Assembly: GCA_030704615.1 (NCBI GenBank)
Contig: CM060734.1
Coordinates: 49,724,001-49,788,000 of the forward strand
Source: Takakia lepidozioides
Lineage: Eukaryota; Plantae; Bryophyta
Direction: 5' to 3'
Length of the DNA: 64,000 nucleotides
Positions within the stretch are counted from its first letter, which is position 1, and the number at the start of each line of letters is the position of its first letter. The notes under the pieces were generated by a model that did not search any database, was not told the DNA's origin, and worked only from the letters and a program-made list of their open reading frames with translations. Below, one piece after another: positions 26,030 to 37,900 of this stretch. The position numbers were made by a program, and so were the translations under genes.

Positions 26030-28244
26030 TCAAAGTACTGGAGTTGACCTCAACAATATGTCCTTGGTCTGGAACTCGCTCGCACGACTCGCTTTCTGAA
26101 TGACGATTAGCCTCCTTCGCTCACACCTCGGGCCACAGTAAGGTTCTAGGATTTCATCCTCTTCTTCCACATCTGGCACTATATATGGATGGATTCCATC
26201 TCTGTGATGATTCTTGGACCAATTTGTTTTCGGCCAGAATCCCTCACGAAGCTGAATACGCTCGGGAGCTTCTGGAATTGGCTCATCCAGCTCGGCGAGA
26301 ATGTTTCCCCAGTACTGGTCGTATTGTTCCATTCGACCTCTATAATGATCATCAAGCATCATTCATTTCGTCCAAAAATCCCTGTATTTTTTTATTCCAT
26401 TCTTAATGAATGATTGTTTTTCGGAGGAGTCGTCCCCGACTCCCTAGATAGGTCTCCTTGGAACGGCGTCTGGGTCTCCTTCAGGGAGCTTGGGAGTCCC
26501 GTCAGGATTGGACTCCCACATCTTCACTCTATTGTTTGTTGGAAGCCAATCCGAATCAGTAGCGGACTTCTTGTACTTCATGACGGGCCAGCCCTCCGGA
26601 AGACGTGCATCTCCAAAATCCCGACCAACGCCTCATTTCCATCCAGAATACAGCCCTTGACAAAATTCTTGAAGTCGGGAACCTCCTGAATAATCGGTGG
26701 AATGAACTGCAGATCTTGCGAGGTCATAAAAGACCTCATCAAATCCGAAAGAATGTAGGTGATTCGTTCCTTCAGCTTCTTCGATAGGTAGCTGAAGAAC
26801 CTGTCGATGTCCTCATGGGTGTGTCCGACCATTAGGAACCCTAGCTGGATTTCTTCAAAATCATCTTTGGCGGTCAGGAGGGATAGAAAAGCAAGCATCC
26901 ATCTGTTCTTATTGTCCTTCGCGGAGTTGTCCATTTGCAAGTACAGTCTTCTCGGAAGTGGACAAGCACCACATTTGTCTTCCGTCCTGCAGGGTTTAAG
27001 AGCATCCAAACATCTCAATTTACCTCTTAAAGTTATTCGAAAAACTCGTTTTGAAGTCGGTAATCGAAAATGTTCCTGGACTCGCGACAGGTTGGCTTCT
27101 CCAACTGGCGCAAGCAACGTGCCAAAGAACCAATTGTAAAATTTGAATTTCCCTTCTAGAACTCAAGAGCATACGGTCCATAAGCTCCATCACCGTGTCC
27201 GTGCGTGACCATTCCCGTTAGTGAAACTGGAAGCTGACCCAATCCAGAAATCATCTTGTTTGGAGTCTGTAACCTTGGAACAGTTGTTTTCCTATGATCC
27301 ACTTTGTCGTGAATAATACAGAGAAACTCCTCTAGAATCATAACAGACTCATTCCTCCAGCTATGGTACAATCTTCTGCACAACTCTTGGTGCCTCAAAT
27401 GTTTATCAAACGCTCGTTTGTGTGTCACATGTTCCGCACTTCTCTTGACAGACTTTTTGATCAGGTCCTTTAACATCTCACACTCTGTGCACTTCGCAAA
27501 TGTGCTCCCAATTTTACGAACCTCCACGTTAGGAAATATCCGACTCCGGATGCGGCTAACAGCCGACTACGAGACTCCTTCAACCCGAAAAGTTTGTTCG
27601 TCTGTTACAATAAGGAAGGGTCAGGGAAGGAACGTCCACTGGACAGTGGAGGTTCATGAAACTAGAACCACAGTCGAAAGAGACAAAATCGAAGGGATGA
27701 TCATCAACATTGAATCAGAAAAAACTTCCAGGAAAGAAATTGAAGAATGGAGATTTCATACCTCGTTGGACTCGTCTCGTATTCGCTTCTAGTTCATTTC
27801 AGGTGGTAAGACTCTCAAAGTATCCCTCCTTCCCTCCCCAATCCATCTTGTTTTATGGGGCACGAGGTCAGTATTTCCGTTGATAATGGACATAATGTTA
27901 CCCTCTGCCTGAAGCGTCCTTGGGCGTGGCCTCTTCACTCCACGGTTCCCATGGAGACTTGACAACCAACCCTGTTTACTCAACTTTTTGTACTCCATGT
28001 ATGTGGACCTGCCAATTCCATGAATTATCCACCAAGCAGTCTCACAAACATCTACACCCTCAATCGTAACGTATGCCCTGCGAGAGGTCCCTTCCAGCAT
28101 GTGAAGTCGTTTTGAAACATTTAGTCCGTGTTCTCTACTCTCATCGAAAGTGGATCCCCAAAACAAAGTACGGATAGCCAAGGTTTTTCGCCAATCGAAA
28201 TATTGACAGCAGTGAGCATCATTATGACCAGTCTCTCCATCCAC
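26030..28244 (-). pseudogene. DUF7869-like DDD/E transposase-like gene (multi-exon, frameshifted)
   Basis: Ordered motifs CCQ.F..VCETAW..LHGNRG, FAKCTEC..HLRHQ..CIIHDKVD, LYLQMDNSAKDNKN and FLMVGHTHEDIDRFFS across ORFs 27789-28244, 27156-27527, 26578-27117 and 26030-26362. The family name is from recall of the motif pattern. Confidence 0.65.
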
Positions 28245-28254
28245 CGTAATTGCC

Positions 28255-28911
28255 TCACCCCATGGAGATCCGAGACCATGATAGATACGTCTTCCTCATG
28301 CACAACCACCTTCCAATTCCCCCTTTTTTTTGTTTGTCATCGGAGGAAAAAACTTGCTCCATGTCTGAAGGCCGTGAAAAAAGCTCATCTGAGGGACGAT
28401 GAGTAAGGTTGAGCCTATCGGCATTGACGCGCATGAAACCACAATCATCTTGCACTAGTGTTGCGAGGGGCCCCACAAGATGTGGCTGGAACCACCTTCC
28501 CTTGAAGAGAAGAGGCCGGTACCTTGTATACTGAAGTTGGAGTATGCTCTCAAGCTCTCCAATGTACTCAAGTTTGCTCATAGCAGGTCGTGTATCTCCC
28601 TTGCCCCACACGGAGTCTTGCCAATATGTGGCACACAAGCCAGAATCAAAGGTTGTTTTGCGCTTCATGTCAAGAGCACGAATGCGGAAATGACGACCGT
28701 GAACCCAAACCGCCGTGTATGAGGTCGCGAATTGAGAGGGGCCCCTTGCAATGTCTTGCACCAAATCTGAAACCACCTCTCCTTGAGCAACGGCATCATA
28801 AACTGAAGTCTGAAGCCATTGTTGGAATGAACTTAGAGGCTGCAATTCCATGGGCAAATTTTGTAAATGAACATTCCGGCGGCCCGCTCCTCATCGTGGG
28901 CGTCTAGTAAC
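28255..28911 (-). pseudogene. CACTA/EnSpm Tnp2 transposase C-terminal part (DUF4216-like)
   Basis: FQQWL..IARGP..YTAVWVHGRHFR..DSG..EYIGELESILQLQY..LFKGRWF..DDCGFMRVN..QVF are typical of the Tnp2 C-terminus. Confidence 0.8.
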
Positions 28912-29385
28912 CTCTCTCTCTTCTGTGCTGCTCTCTTTTAAGCTCCCGACACCCTAAATTCAAGGTCAGATGGTGGGTTCAGCTATAACATATGTCCAAC
29001 ACCAGATATCCTAAGTTAATCGACTCTATATCTTGGAAACAGGACCGCCCTGTCAAACAGGGTGAGCCCTGGGAGAAGAGAGTAAAAGAGATTCTCAAGG
29101 ATCTGAATCTGGACCCGCAAGTCTTGACCTTGCTGGATAAACCTGACTTAGAGAGTGTAGTGTCCAAAGCCATGTCTGTTACCAGAAAATTGTCCGATGA
29201 CAATGAAGTTAGGAAGAAAACTTCCCTGAACCTGTTTCCAGTCGTGACATGGGGGGGAGGACATCATGGATGCGCTCAAGGGTCTATCCCACTCTTGGCA
29301 CCAGACCTAAATTTAAAGTCAGGGCAAGAAGACTACCTTAGAACATAAACAGAAGCAGAGAGGAAAGGGAGAGTGCAATTTCCCT
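28912..29385 (+). mobile_element. LINE fragment (same 5-prime junction as the copy at 50395, inverted)
   Basis: CTCTCTTCTGTG.TGCTCTCTTTTAAGCTCCCGA..AAATTCAAGGTCAGATGG is the reverse complement of ~50330-50390 and continues into the ..KQKQRGKGECN sequence shared with 59650-59685. Confidence 0.8.
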
Positions 29386-30744
29386 GACGTACCTCTGCTG
29401 CTGCTGGTGCTTGAAGCGAGCTGGCGCGGCGAGCTGTTGCGGTGCTGTCGCGGCTGCCAGCGGCGCGGGTCCCCGCCGCTGCAGGGCGTCTCTCCCCCGC
29501 TCACCACGGATCTCTCTCTCTTCAGATCGTTAGGTTGCGCCTCTGCGCGGCGTTCCTACCACGCAGGGGAGAGAGACATCAGCCCCATGCTTAGGGCAAG
29601 AAAGAAAGACAGAAAGTGAGGGAGGAGGCGGTGCTTACCTTGGGCGTTGGAGCGGCATTGGGGCAAACTCCTTGGGGCCTTACGACCACCTCGGGCTCAG
29701 TAGCAGGTGCGTTTCTCCTCCACCCTAAACCCCACTCTCTGAACTACCTCTCTCCCAAAGAATAAACGAAAACGGGAGGGGAAAGAGATGCTTGAAGCAC
29801 TTAGGGAAAAAAAAAGGGCGCGGCACCCACGTGCGTCGCCCGGCCATCGCACGCCTGCGCCTGCCTTTTTTTGAAATGTAAAAATGAAGATTGCAACGGC
29901 TGGCCGTCGTTTCTTGCAAACCCCGGCCCCATAAATTAAAAGAACACGTCGCCCCCCGCGACGACTGTCCGTCTCGGGGTGCGACCCCCAGTTAAAAAAT
30001 AAATAAAAACCCGTTGTCCAATGCGACGCCAGGGTGTCGCAGGAGGCGACAACCGGCCTTTCTGGATTTAGGGTTTAGGGCCTTTGGGTTTCTTAGTTTT
30101 ATTTATTTTTTCATATGGTACTGGGTTAGGGTGTTTGCTTTTCTTTATGGTGCTGGGTTTTGGATTGGTGGTTTTGGTTGTGGGTCTTGGGGTTAAAAGG
30201 ATAAACGGTAATTAGGATTCACATACCCAAAATGTGGTTCAATCTGATAATCGCAAAGCGTTGGGTCTCAACAAATTTTTCCATAGTGTGAGCATCCTGA
30301 AGATAGAACGAGAGGAAGGATTTGTTGTCTTGGGCTCTAGCACCATAGGGATGCTCCGCCTTTGGTTACCAATTTTGAAAGCCCCGAGGCTGAGGCATAG
30401 GGTTTTTTTGCCAACGGTTTTTGAGAAATGAAAGTGTTGGTGGTGTGTGTTAATTAGGATGGGATGGTGAGGAAACATCGACCCGTCTCCCTCGAGGATG
30501 GGGAGGTAGTACCACATATCGATTGTGGCCCTAGAGACCATTTTTCGTGGCGAGGAGGCACCCATTGCACTTGATCCAATACAGGCTGCCGGGCACAATT
30601 GTAGAAGGGACCGGGGCCAAATTTCAGGTGATGCGGAGGATGTTGACACTCCGGGATCGAGTCGGGCGCGCCGCGAGTTGCCCCTCGCGGGCCACCCGTC
30701 CAACCACGTCCACTTTTGACCCCCCCCCCCCCCCCCCCAACAGG

Positions 30745-30867
30745 ATTGAGTGTTGGTGCACTAAGTGTTGGGAAAGGATACCGCCGGGCGGCACCAGACC
30801 ACCGAGGCGGCGATCGCATATTGTCGAAAAACATTACAAGAAGAACAAGATTGCGGATGCGGCAAAG
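30745..30867 (+). other. Probable CACTA 5-prime exon with a CxCxxC motif
   Basis: IECWCTKCWER...HIVEKHYKKNKIADAAK ending at an AAG|GTGAGT donor. GTCGC/GCGAC subterminal-like repeats lie upstream at ~29830-30050. Confidence 0.4.
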
Positions 30868-31535
30868 GTGAGTGTTTTTCCCACCCCTCTCATTAAATTC
30901 ATTTAGGTACATTTAGGTTTATCTAATAATATAGTATGATTGGTAAGCATACATGAATCAAAATTACGACATAAGTATTGATGCGTCGTTCACTACGCAC
31001 ATTGCAGCCACGACTTGATGCCAAGCTCGCAATCACATTGCACAAGAGGCATTTCACGCCGGTCTACTTGCAGAATTTGTGCCAGAGCATGTGCCCGATG
31101 TGATCAGGTGGTTCCCCTAGCAGCACGTAGATGGGATGCGTAGGGTCGAGGGGTATCGTAGGTGTCGTAGGCATTATGCCGGTGACTAGCACCCCCCCCC
31201 CCCCCTCCAGTTTCCTCAGGCGGTCCCCCTGATTGTGGCCTCTCTCCCCCGTCTGTTTCTTTGCCTGATCCGGATGTTGTACCCCCGGCTACACCTCTGA
31301 CATTACATCCTCAACCACCTCCACTTTCATCTCCTCCACCTCCACCTCCACGTGCATGTGCCCCCCGAACCCTAGGAGGGGTCGGCTTCGCCCTAGGTTT
31401 CCTCCCTTCGGCTTGGGCAGCCTGAGCCGGATCCTCGCCCCCGATGGGAAGCGCATAGGACTATGTTACTGAGGACCATCCAGCCTCGTTGTTGGGGGAA
31501 TCATCTCGACCCTCCCACCCCCATCGAGAGAAAAT

Positions 31536-32010
31536 ATGGAGTTCGAGTATTGGAGGAGACGGTATGTTGTGAGAGGCGCTACAGACCCTGCTATGGGTCG
31601 GGGTTTATTCACGGTCAATGATATTGTGGTTCCTCCTCGGAGAAACAACATGGTGGACTTGTTTCCCAACTACGGTCCATACTACACCTCCGCGGAGTTC
31701 CGTACATTACGCCTCGAAGCCCATACATCCTACCCTACATTTTGTGTGTCAACGGACAGGATGTACGTAGACGGGGGTTGACTCCCATTGAGATCAGATT
31801 TTGTGATGGTGACCCCGACATCTTCGGCAATGTTGCTGGGCTGGTCAATAGTTCATTTGGTCATCCTAGGAGAACCAATGTAGTATGGGGACGAGCGAAG
31901 CGATGGGGCATGAGAGCTTTTGTGGTCATACGTCAGTATACTGTGAGGGGATGCACATGTTTGTGATGACATGGCTGGCAGCGAACTATTTGCATCATAC
32001 GAGTTCTCCC
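31536..32010 (+). pseudogene. SET-domain (lysine methyltransferase-like) remnant inside the CACTA region
   Basis: MGRGLFTVNDI..YGPYY, then CDGDP..GNVAGLVNSS..N (compare SET GNxARFINHS), then DDMAGSELFASY (compare GEELxxxY), in the correct order with frameshifts. Confidence 0.6.
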
Positions 32011-33162
32011 GGGATGATTGGGACCTCCGATTACAGCGTGAGTGGGATGTGTATGATAGAAACAAGGTTCCTTTGAGACAGGGATCGCGTAGAGGGGCAT
32101 TGTAGATATTCTCATGATGTACTTTGTATACATCCGATTAATCGATTGATGTAAAAACAATTCTTGTTGCTCGTGTCGGTTGCAACTTTGCATATGTGAT
32201 CTAAACATACTTATGCACATGTGGACCCAATATGAGCTTGAACCAAGTTGATTCAATGGGTCATTCTAGTGTTGAACGCAACTACGTGTCATAGAGACGG
32301 AAAATTGTGTTTCGCCTGCAGATGATTTTTTTTTAATTCCATTTTCAAGCCATATGCTTAATGATAGCATATGCAATGTGCGTGCAAAATTTGGGAGTAA
32401 ACAAAAGTCATTTGGACCCATAACCAGATTTTGTTCTCTCATTTGCACTCCAAAGTTGAGTTATTTTCAACTTCATGCACTCTTCATAGAGAGTTTTGCA
32501 AAAGTGACCCTAGAATTTTTATTTTTATTTTTTTCTTGTCCCATTTTTTGCACGGATGTAGTGGTGCAAAGCCCAATGTCACAAAACAAAATAGAGCTAA
32601 AAGTAAAATCATTACGCCCCTCAAAACCGCAATCATATATTTTCTAAATGTAAATATTTATTTTAAATTCATTTAAATTCGATTTAATTCAAAATTGGTG
32701 CAAGGGTGAGTGCGTCGTTGGGGAGGCAATTTTTTTTTTTTTTTTTCCTGCTGGATCTTTGTACAGGTGTTGCACACATATTTAAGCACATGTAGGAAAA
32801 AATGAAAGCTTGAGCTACATCCGTTTGTTGGATGCAATGGCATGAGAGGATTTTCTTTCTCATTAATAAACAAAAATTGGTTGATAAGGTGAATGCATCA
32901 TTGGGGGGGCAAATGATTTTGTTTGGGTTTGAAACTTTGCATGTGTGTACGTTGCGCACATACATGTAATTATTGAATGACATATTTGATGCACACACAC
33001 ATTGAAGGTTGTTGTTTGCATTTCGCTTATAATGAAGTGTATGGTTGCAAGGACACATTATAATATATGTCCCTATGTTCATTTGTTCGTATTAGGACTT
33101 TGTCCATCCCTTCCCGGTCTTTTCTCTTGGCACCCCATCCGAAAACAACCCAAGTGCATCAG

Positions 33163-33734
33163 GCGGGAGCCGTGGGCGAGACGCCGCCCCCACGGTACCG
33201 GACGATGATGATGATGATGACAGTGATAGTGACAGTGACAACAACAATGAGCATGGAATTAACCAGGAGGATGTGCAAGCCATGGAGGATCTCTTAATGC
33301 ATCATGTGGGCGCTGATGCATCCCATGAAGAGGGAATCCGGCCAATCGATGATCCTGAAATGCCCCCCTCAAATGACATGGAGAGGGAGGCGAGAACTCC
33401 CTTGTACGAAGGGGCGAAAGTGAGTCGACTTTCAAACAATCTTACTTTTGCTCAATCTTCAAATTCGATTTGGCATAAGTAATGTTGGGATGTCTGCCAT
33501 AATGCGAACTATTGCAGACTATATCCTTGCTCCACACTTGAAACCCAAGATGCCACGGTCGCAGAAAGAGGCGCGCGAAGTCTTGGACTCTGTGGGGATG
33601 GGCTATAAGATTTTTCATGCATGTCCATGTGATAAAACCTATACTACGGAGAGGATTCGCATCTCACCAAGTGCCCAAAGTGCAAGAAAGACTGATATCG
33701 GGATGATGTCCAAGGGAAAAAAGTACCACGCAAG
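33163..33734 (+). pseudogene. CACTA Tnp2 transposase, N-terminal exon
   Basis: EARTPLYEGAKVSRL..LNLQIRFG..GMGYKIFHACPCD..CPKC..KKVPRK followed by donor AAG|GTATA at 33735. Contains frameshifts. Confidence 0.8.
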
Positions 33735-33866
33735 GTATAAACGTCATTCCCCCTCGCATGGAGATTATTTCTTTAATCTTCTCAATGTATGTAAAGTGTA
33801 TTCCACAAAGTTTAGGGTTTAGAGAGTAGTACTCATGCAAGATCTGATTGTGGTTTTGGAAGGAGT

Positions 33867-34953
33867 TGTCGCGCGGCTTTTACTCACCCATCCCTTCGCT
33901 ATCCGAGGCGGAAACTCCAAGATAGAAGAGTTGGAAATCTCTAAGTACTCAGCCCGCGCAGAACAATCAGTCATGACCTACAGCTAGTGTATCATGGGGG
34001 TGTTTCCTATTGTTCCTTTTCCGCATTCATCTTAGCTACCTTACCATTGATAATTAAGTATCAGTTTGCTTCATCAATTTATCGGTTTCCTTCACTCCTC
34101 CATTCAATCCACAGCTTCACTCAGATCTCTCTACACAGTGTGATTGTATCGTATAAGTATCAGATTATGATTTATCAGGTATCAGGCCGAAGCCATTGTG
34201 TCTCTATTCTCCTCTACAATATCCCTACAGCTTTGCATATAACAAGCATCTACTAATCCTCTTTCCTCCTTCATCGTGCTCACCGACTTCCGCTCCCGTC
34301 TCACTCCGAAATCCTCCTTCCCATCATAATAATCCTCCTTCATCATTCCCCGTTCTTCCCTTTATCCTCCTATCCGCGGTTCTAACCGTTTCCCTCTCTA
34401 ACCGTCGTATGTGAATTAACATGTTCCCTTCACAGGTGTTGTTCCCCACAGTCGTTCCCTGTCCTACTCTTCGTTCCCTATTATGTGACAGCTGTGTCAA
34501 GCGGTGACTGGCTGTGTTTGGCGGGTGTCGGCTGTGCTGGCTGGTGGCTGTGCCGGGCTGTGACTGTGACTGTGACGGGCGTGTGGGCTGTGACGGCTGT
34601 GTGGGCTGTGTGGGCGTGACTGTGACGGGCTGTGGTGGGCTGTGACGGCTGTGTGGGCTGTGTGGGCTGTGACGACTGTGTGGGTTGTGACGATGTGACG
34701 GCTGTGTTGGATGTGTGGGCTGTGAGACGACTGTGACGGTGTGTTGGCTGTGACGACTGTGTGGGTTGTGACGACTGTGACGGCTGTGTTGGCTGTGTGG
34801 GCTGTGACTGCTGTGTCGGCTGTGTGGGCTATGTAACCCCTCTCTACAGTGCGCTGCTGTCACCCCTAAGGTTCCTGTTTGTCTCAGTCTGTGCAAAAAT
34901 TAAGGGTACCCTAATCCCGTATAAGTGTCTAAGTCCCCTACAGTCCTCTAACA
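33867..34953 (-). repeat. 3-prime LTR (1087 bp)
   Basis: Near-identical to 46193-47261; begins TGTCGCGC and ends CTAACA; contains a GGCTGTG-based minisatellite. Confidence 0.95.
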
Positions 34954-34956
34954 TTA

Positions 34957-34970
34957 CCCCTTCCTCCCTC
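34957..34970 (-). other. Polypurine tract
   Basis: GAGGGAGGAAGGGG on the - strand, 3 nt before the 3-prime LTR. Confidence 0.9.
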
Positions 34971-34990
34971 AAAAACCGTGTCCTCACGGT

Positions 34991-37900
34991 TTACTGTTTC
35001 TGAGTAGCAACCCTTTGTGAGTGAGCACCTTGTTGACGTTGAGAGTTTCGTGGCGGGCTGTGTGTACGAGCCCGAGGTCTGTCTCTGGTTGACGGAGATG
35101 GTTGATCACTACCTGGATAAGTGAGGCCTTCTGGAGGCTGATATCGAGGTAATCTTTCCGGCATAGGAGATCCCCTTTGTTTCTTCTCTTCCATCTGAAT
35201 TGCATAGTCTTCTCCCATGTCAAAAGAATTCTGTGAAGAAACAGTTGTATCAGAATCCTCATCGCCTCTCAGGTGTTTTAATTTTCGAACTTTTTGTGGA
35301 ATCATCTGGGGCATACAATGCTGTCCTACCATGTCTGGAAGTTTGCATTTTACAACCTGGTGTAACCGTTGAACAGCAAAATTGGTGTAGACACTGAGCT
35401 CCTTGTCTGTCCAGATGAGTGGGGTACCAATTACTGGTGCAGCGTGCAAGTATTTCCATGCGATATGTCCCTTATAGAAAATGTCATCAAGTCCGAATTT
35501 CTGTGTTGACAAATTGTTGCAGGCTGCTTGAAACCATGAACGAATTTGAGAATCCTTCTGTATCATAACTTTTGGGTCATATAGGTACATATGAGGTGGC
35601 ACCGAAGGTAATACCCAATGATCTCCACTGGAACTTTGAAAGCGTGCTTGCATCTTTTGTTGCTCTATGTGGTAACGTATCAGAAAACAAGCAGCGTAGT
35701 ATAGCCCGCACCCCATGACAATACTTGCTATCTCCTTGGTCTTGGTATAAATGAGTCCATGTACAACCTGGAAAGCAACCAATTCCCTCAACATGGTACC
35801 TGCCTCGTGCCAGTATTGTGCAAAGTGATGATCTTCAATATGTCGATTGTTTGGAAGAACTTTAGTCCTGGTTGCCACTGGCAGCCAAATACGCATGATT
35901 TGGTAGTAATGTGCGAATGACTGCGGAGGACTAAATTCTTTCCAAGCCAAATCCAACATGATGGGAATTTGGTTGAAGGGCATAATCATAGCCCTACTGT
36001 ACTCCCTGGCAGCTGGAGTTTTAGGTGGGTTAAAAGCTGCATTGCCCCATACCTCCGGCTGTGGTGGCTGTGGTGTGGTTGTAGTAACCACAGGTTCAGC
36101 TACTGGTACACTGACCTGTTGTGGTGGTGGTGGTACTGGTTCCTGTACCATTGGCATCTCCTGCACCTCCTGTGAAGACTGAAAAGCCAGAGTTCTGGCT
36201 TGCAAATAAGAAGCCATTAGCTGTTCCTGAGGGATATAGACTCTTTGGTCGATGTTTGAAGTGAGGTCTTCCACTTGAGTCTGGAGTCCGTCTACATCCT
36301 CTTGTAACTCTGCTATCCTACTATAGACATTGTCTATAGTAGTTGTGGCAATGTTCTGCACCTGCAGTCTGAGCTCATTCATCTCGCTTTGGGTGAGCTT
36401 CCGTGGGGCTTTGCCTTCTACTGGCCCTTGTGCTAACCAGACCTGCATAAGGCTGTTATCCACCAAGCTGCTTGTGGTTCCCCTGAGAGTTTGCTCCTCT
36501 CTTAGCTTATACAATTCCAACTGCTGTTGTAAAGCCTTCATGCGCTTCGCCTGTGGCTCAACCAATTGCGCATAGGCAGCAAGTAGATTATTGGCTTCTT
36601 TCGAAGCCTTGTTACTGACCGCGATTTCATTTCTATTGGCCACGATGGTTTGTTGCAACTCCACGATGTATTTCTCTTGCTCAGCTTCCATCTGCCTGTA
36701 TTGCTTGAAAGTATCTTCATTGCGACAGATTGTATTCTTCATATCGACAATGAGCTTCATGTGCTCCACATTCTCTTCTTCTGCCTTCGTACATTTTTCC
36801 GCTTGACTGTTTATTTCTTTTGTTGATTGGTCAAGCATAGTTGTAAATGTAGCGCATTGTATCGCCATCCTGTTATGCACTGTCTGCAACTCCGTATGTA
36901 GTGCATTCAGTTCTTGCAACTTGCTTTCATGCTGCACCTGCATTTGGTATAGCTGTTGCTTATGTGCTTCGTGCAACTGGTCTTGCGCGAGGCCTGCCTC
37001 AATCAATTGTTGCTTGGCCAATTGCAAAGCCATTTCTGTATTGGCCAAGTCCTGCTTCATCTTGAGAGTGACCTCTTCATCGACCTTGTTTGCACACTCA
37101 GTGGCAAGTCGAGCCTCAAACTCCTTCCTGAGTTCTTCTTTCAAGGCTGTCAATTGGGTAATTGGAACATGGGTTTTGACATAAGTCCCCAACAAATTAA
37201 GTGTCCTGCCTATGGAACTCATCAGCATTGCCTGTTGAGGGTCATCATGGTGAGGTTGCTGCTGTTCCTCCCGATCTTCAACAGTATGATGTCTCACTAA
37301 CCATTCAGACCATTGTCCCACCGGATTTTCTTCCTGAACTACTTCATTTATGACCGGTGCTACAGTGTCATGGCCTTCCGCCTGTGGTACCTCCGACACA
37401 GGTGTGTGCATTATATGTACCTCAGGATTTCTCTTGGGCAACTGTTGCACCTCTGGGATTTCTGTCTGCTTGACCAGACCAGAATATTCATAGAGAAGGT
37501 CCCCTTTCTCTATTTCTGCCACTATCTGTTCTGTAGTTGGAATATCTATCCCTTCACTTTCCAAATCAATTATTTCGGGTTGAGCTGCATGGATAACTTG
37601 TGACCTTGTGACAAGTCGTTCAAGTGGCTGTGTTGGTTGTGATGCAGAAGTAACTTCTTCCTCCCTCTCTGAAGGTCCTGCTTCCAGTAATAACATTCTT
37701 TTGTGCTGCTGTGCCCCTTCCTGGTCATGAGCTTGGGAAACATTATCATGCGGAATCCGTGAAGCCAGTGGATCCGCCACTACAGTCTTTCCCCTTCTCT
37801 GCCTCTTAGTCTCGGGTTGTGCTGCTAGTCCACCCTCACTGTGTGAAGAGCCTTGCTCTTCCATTGCAGTTGTTTCTGGCTCAAACACTCCCATTTCCTT

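Noticed and set aside
34324-35003. His/Ser/Pro-rich and Cys/Val/Gly-rich ORFs (also 46809-47272)
   Set aside because: They are translations of the LTR minisatellite, not credible proteins.
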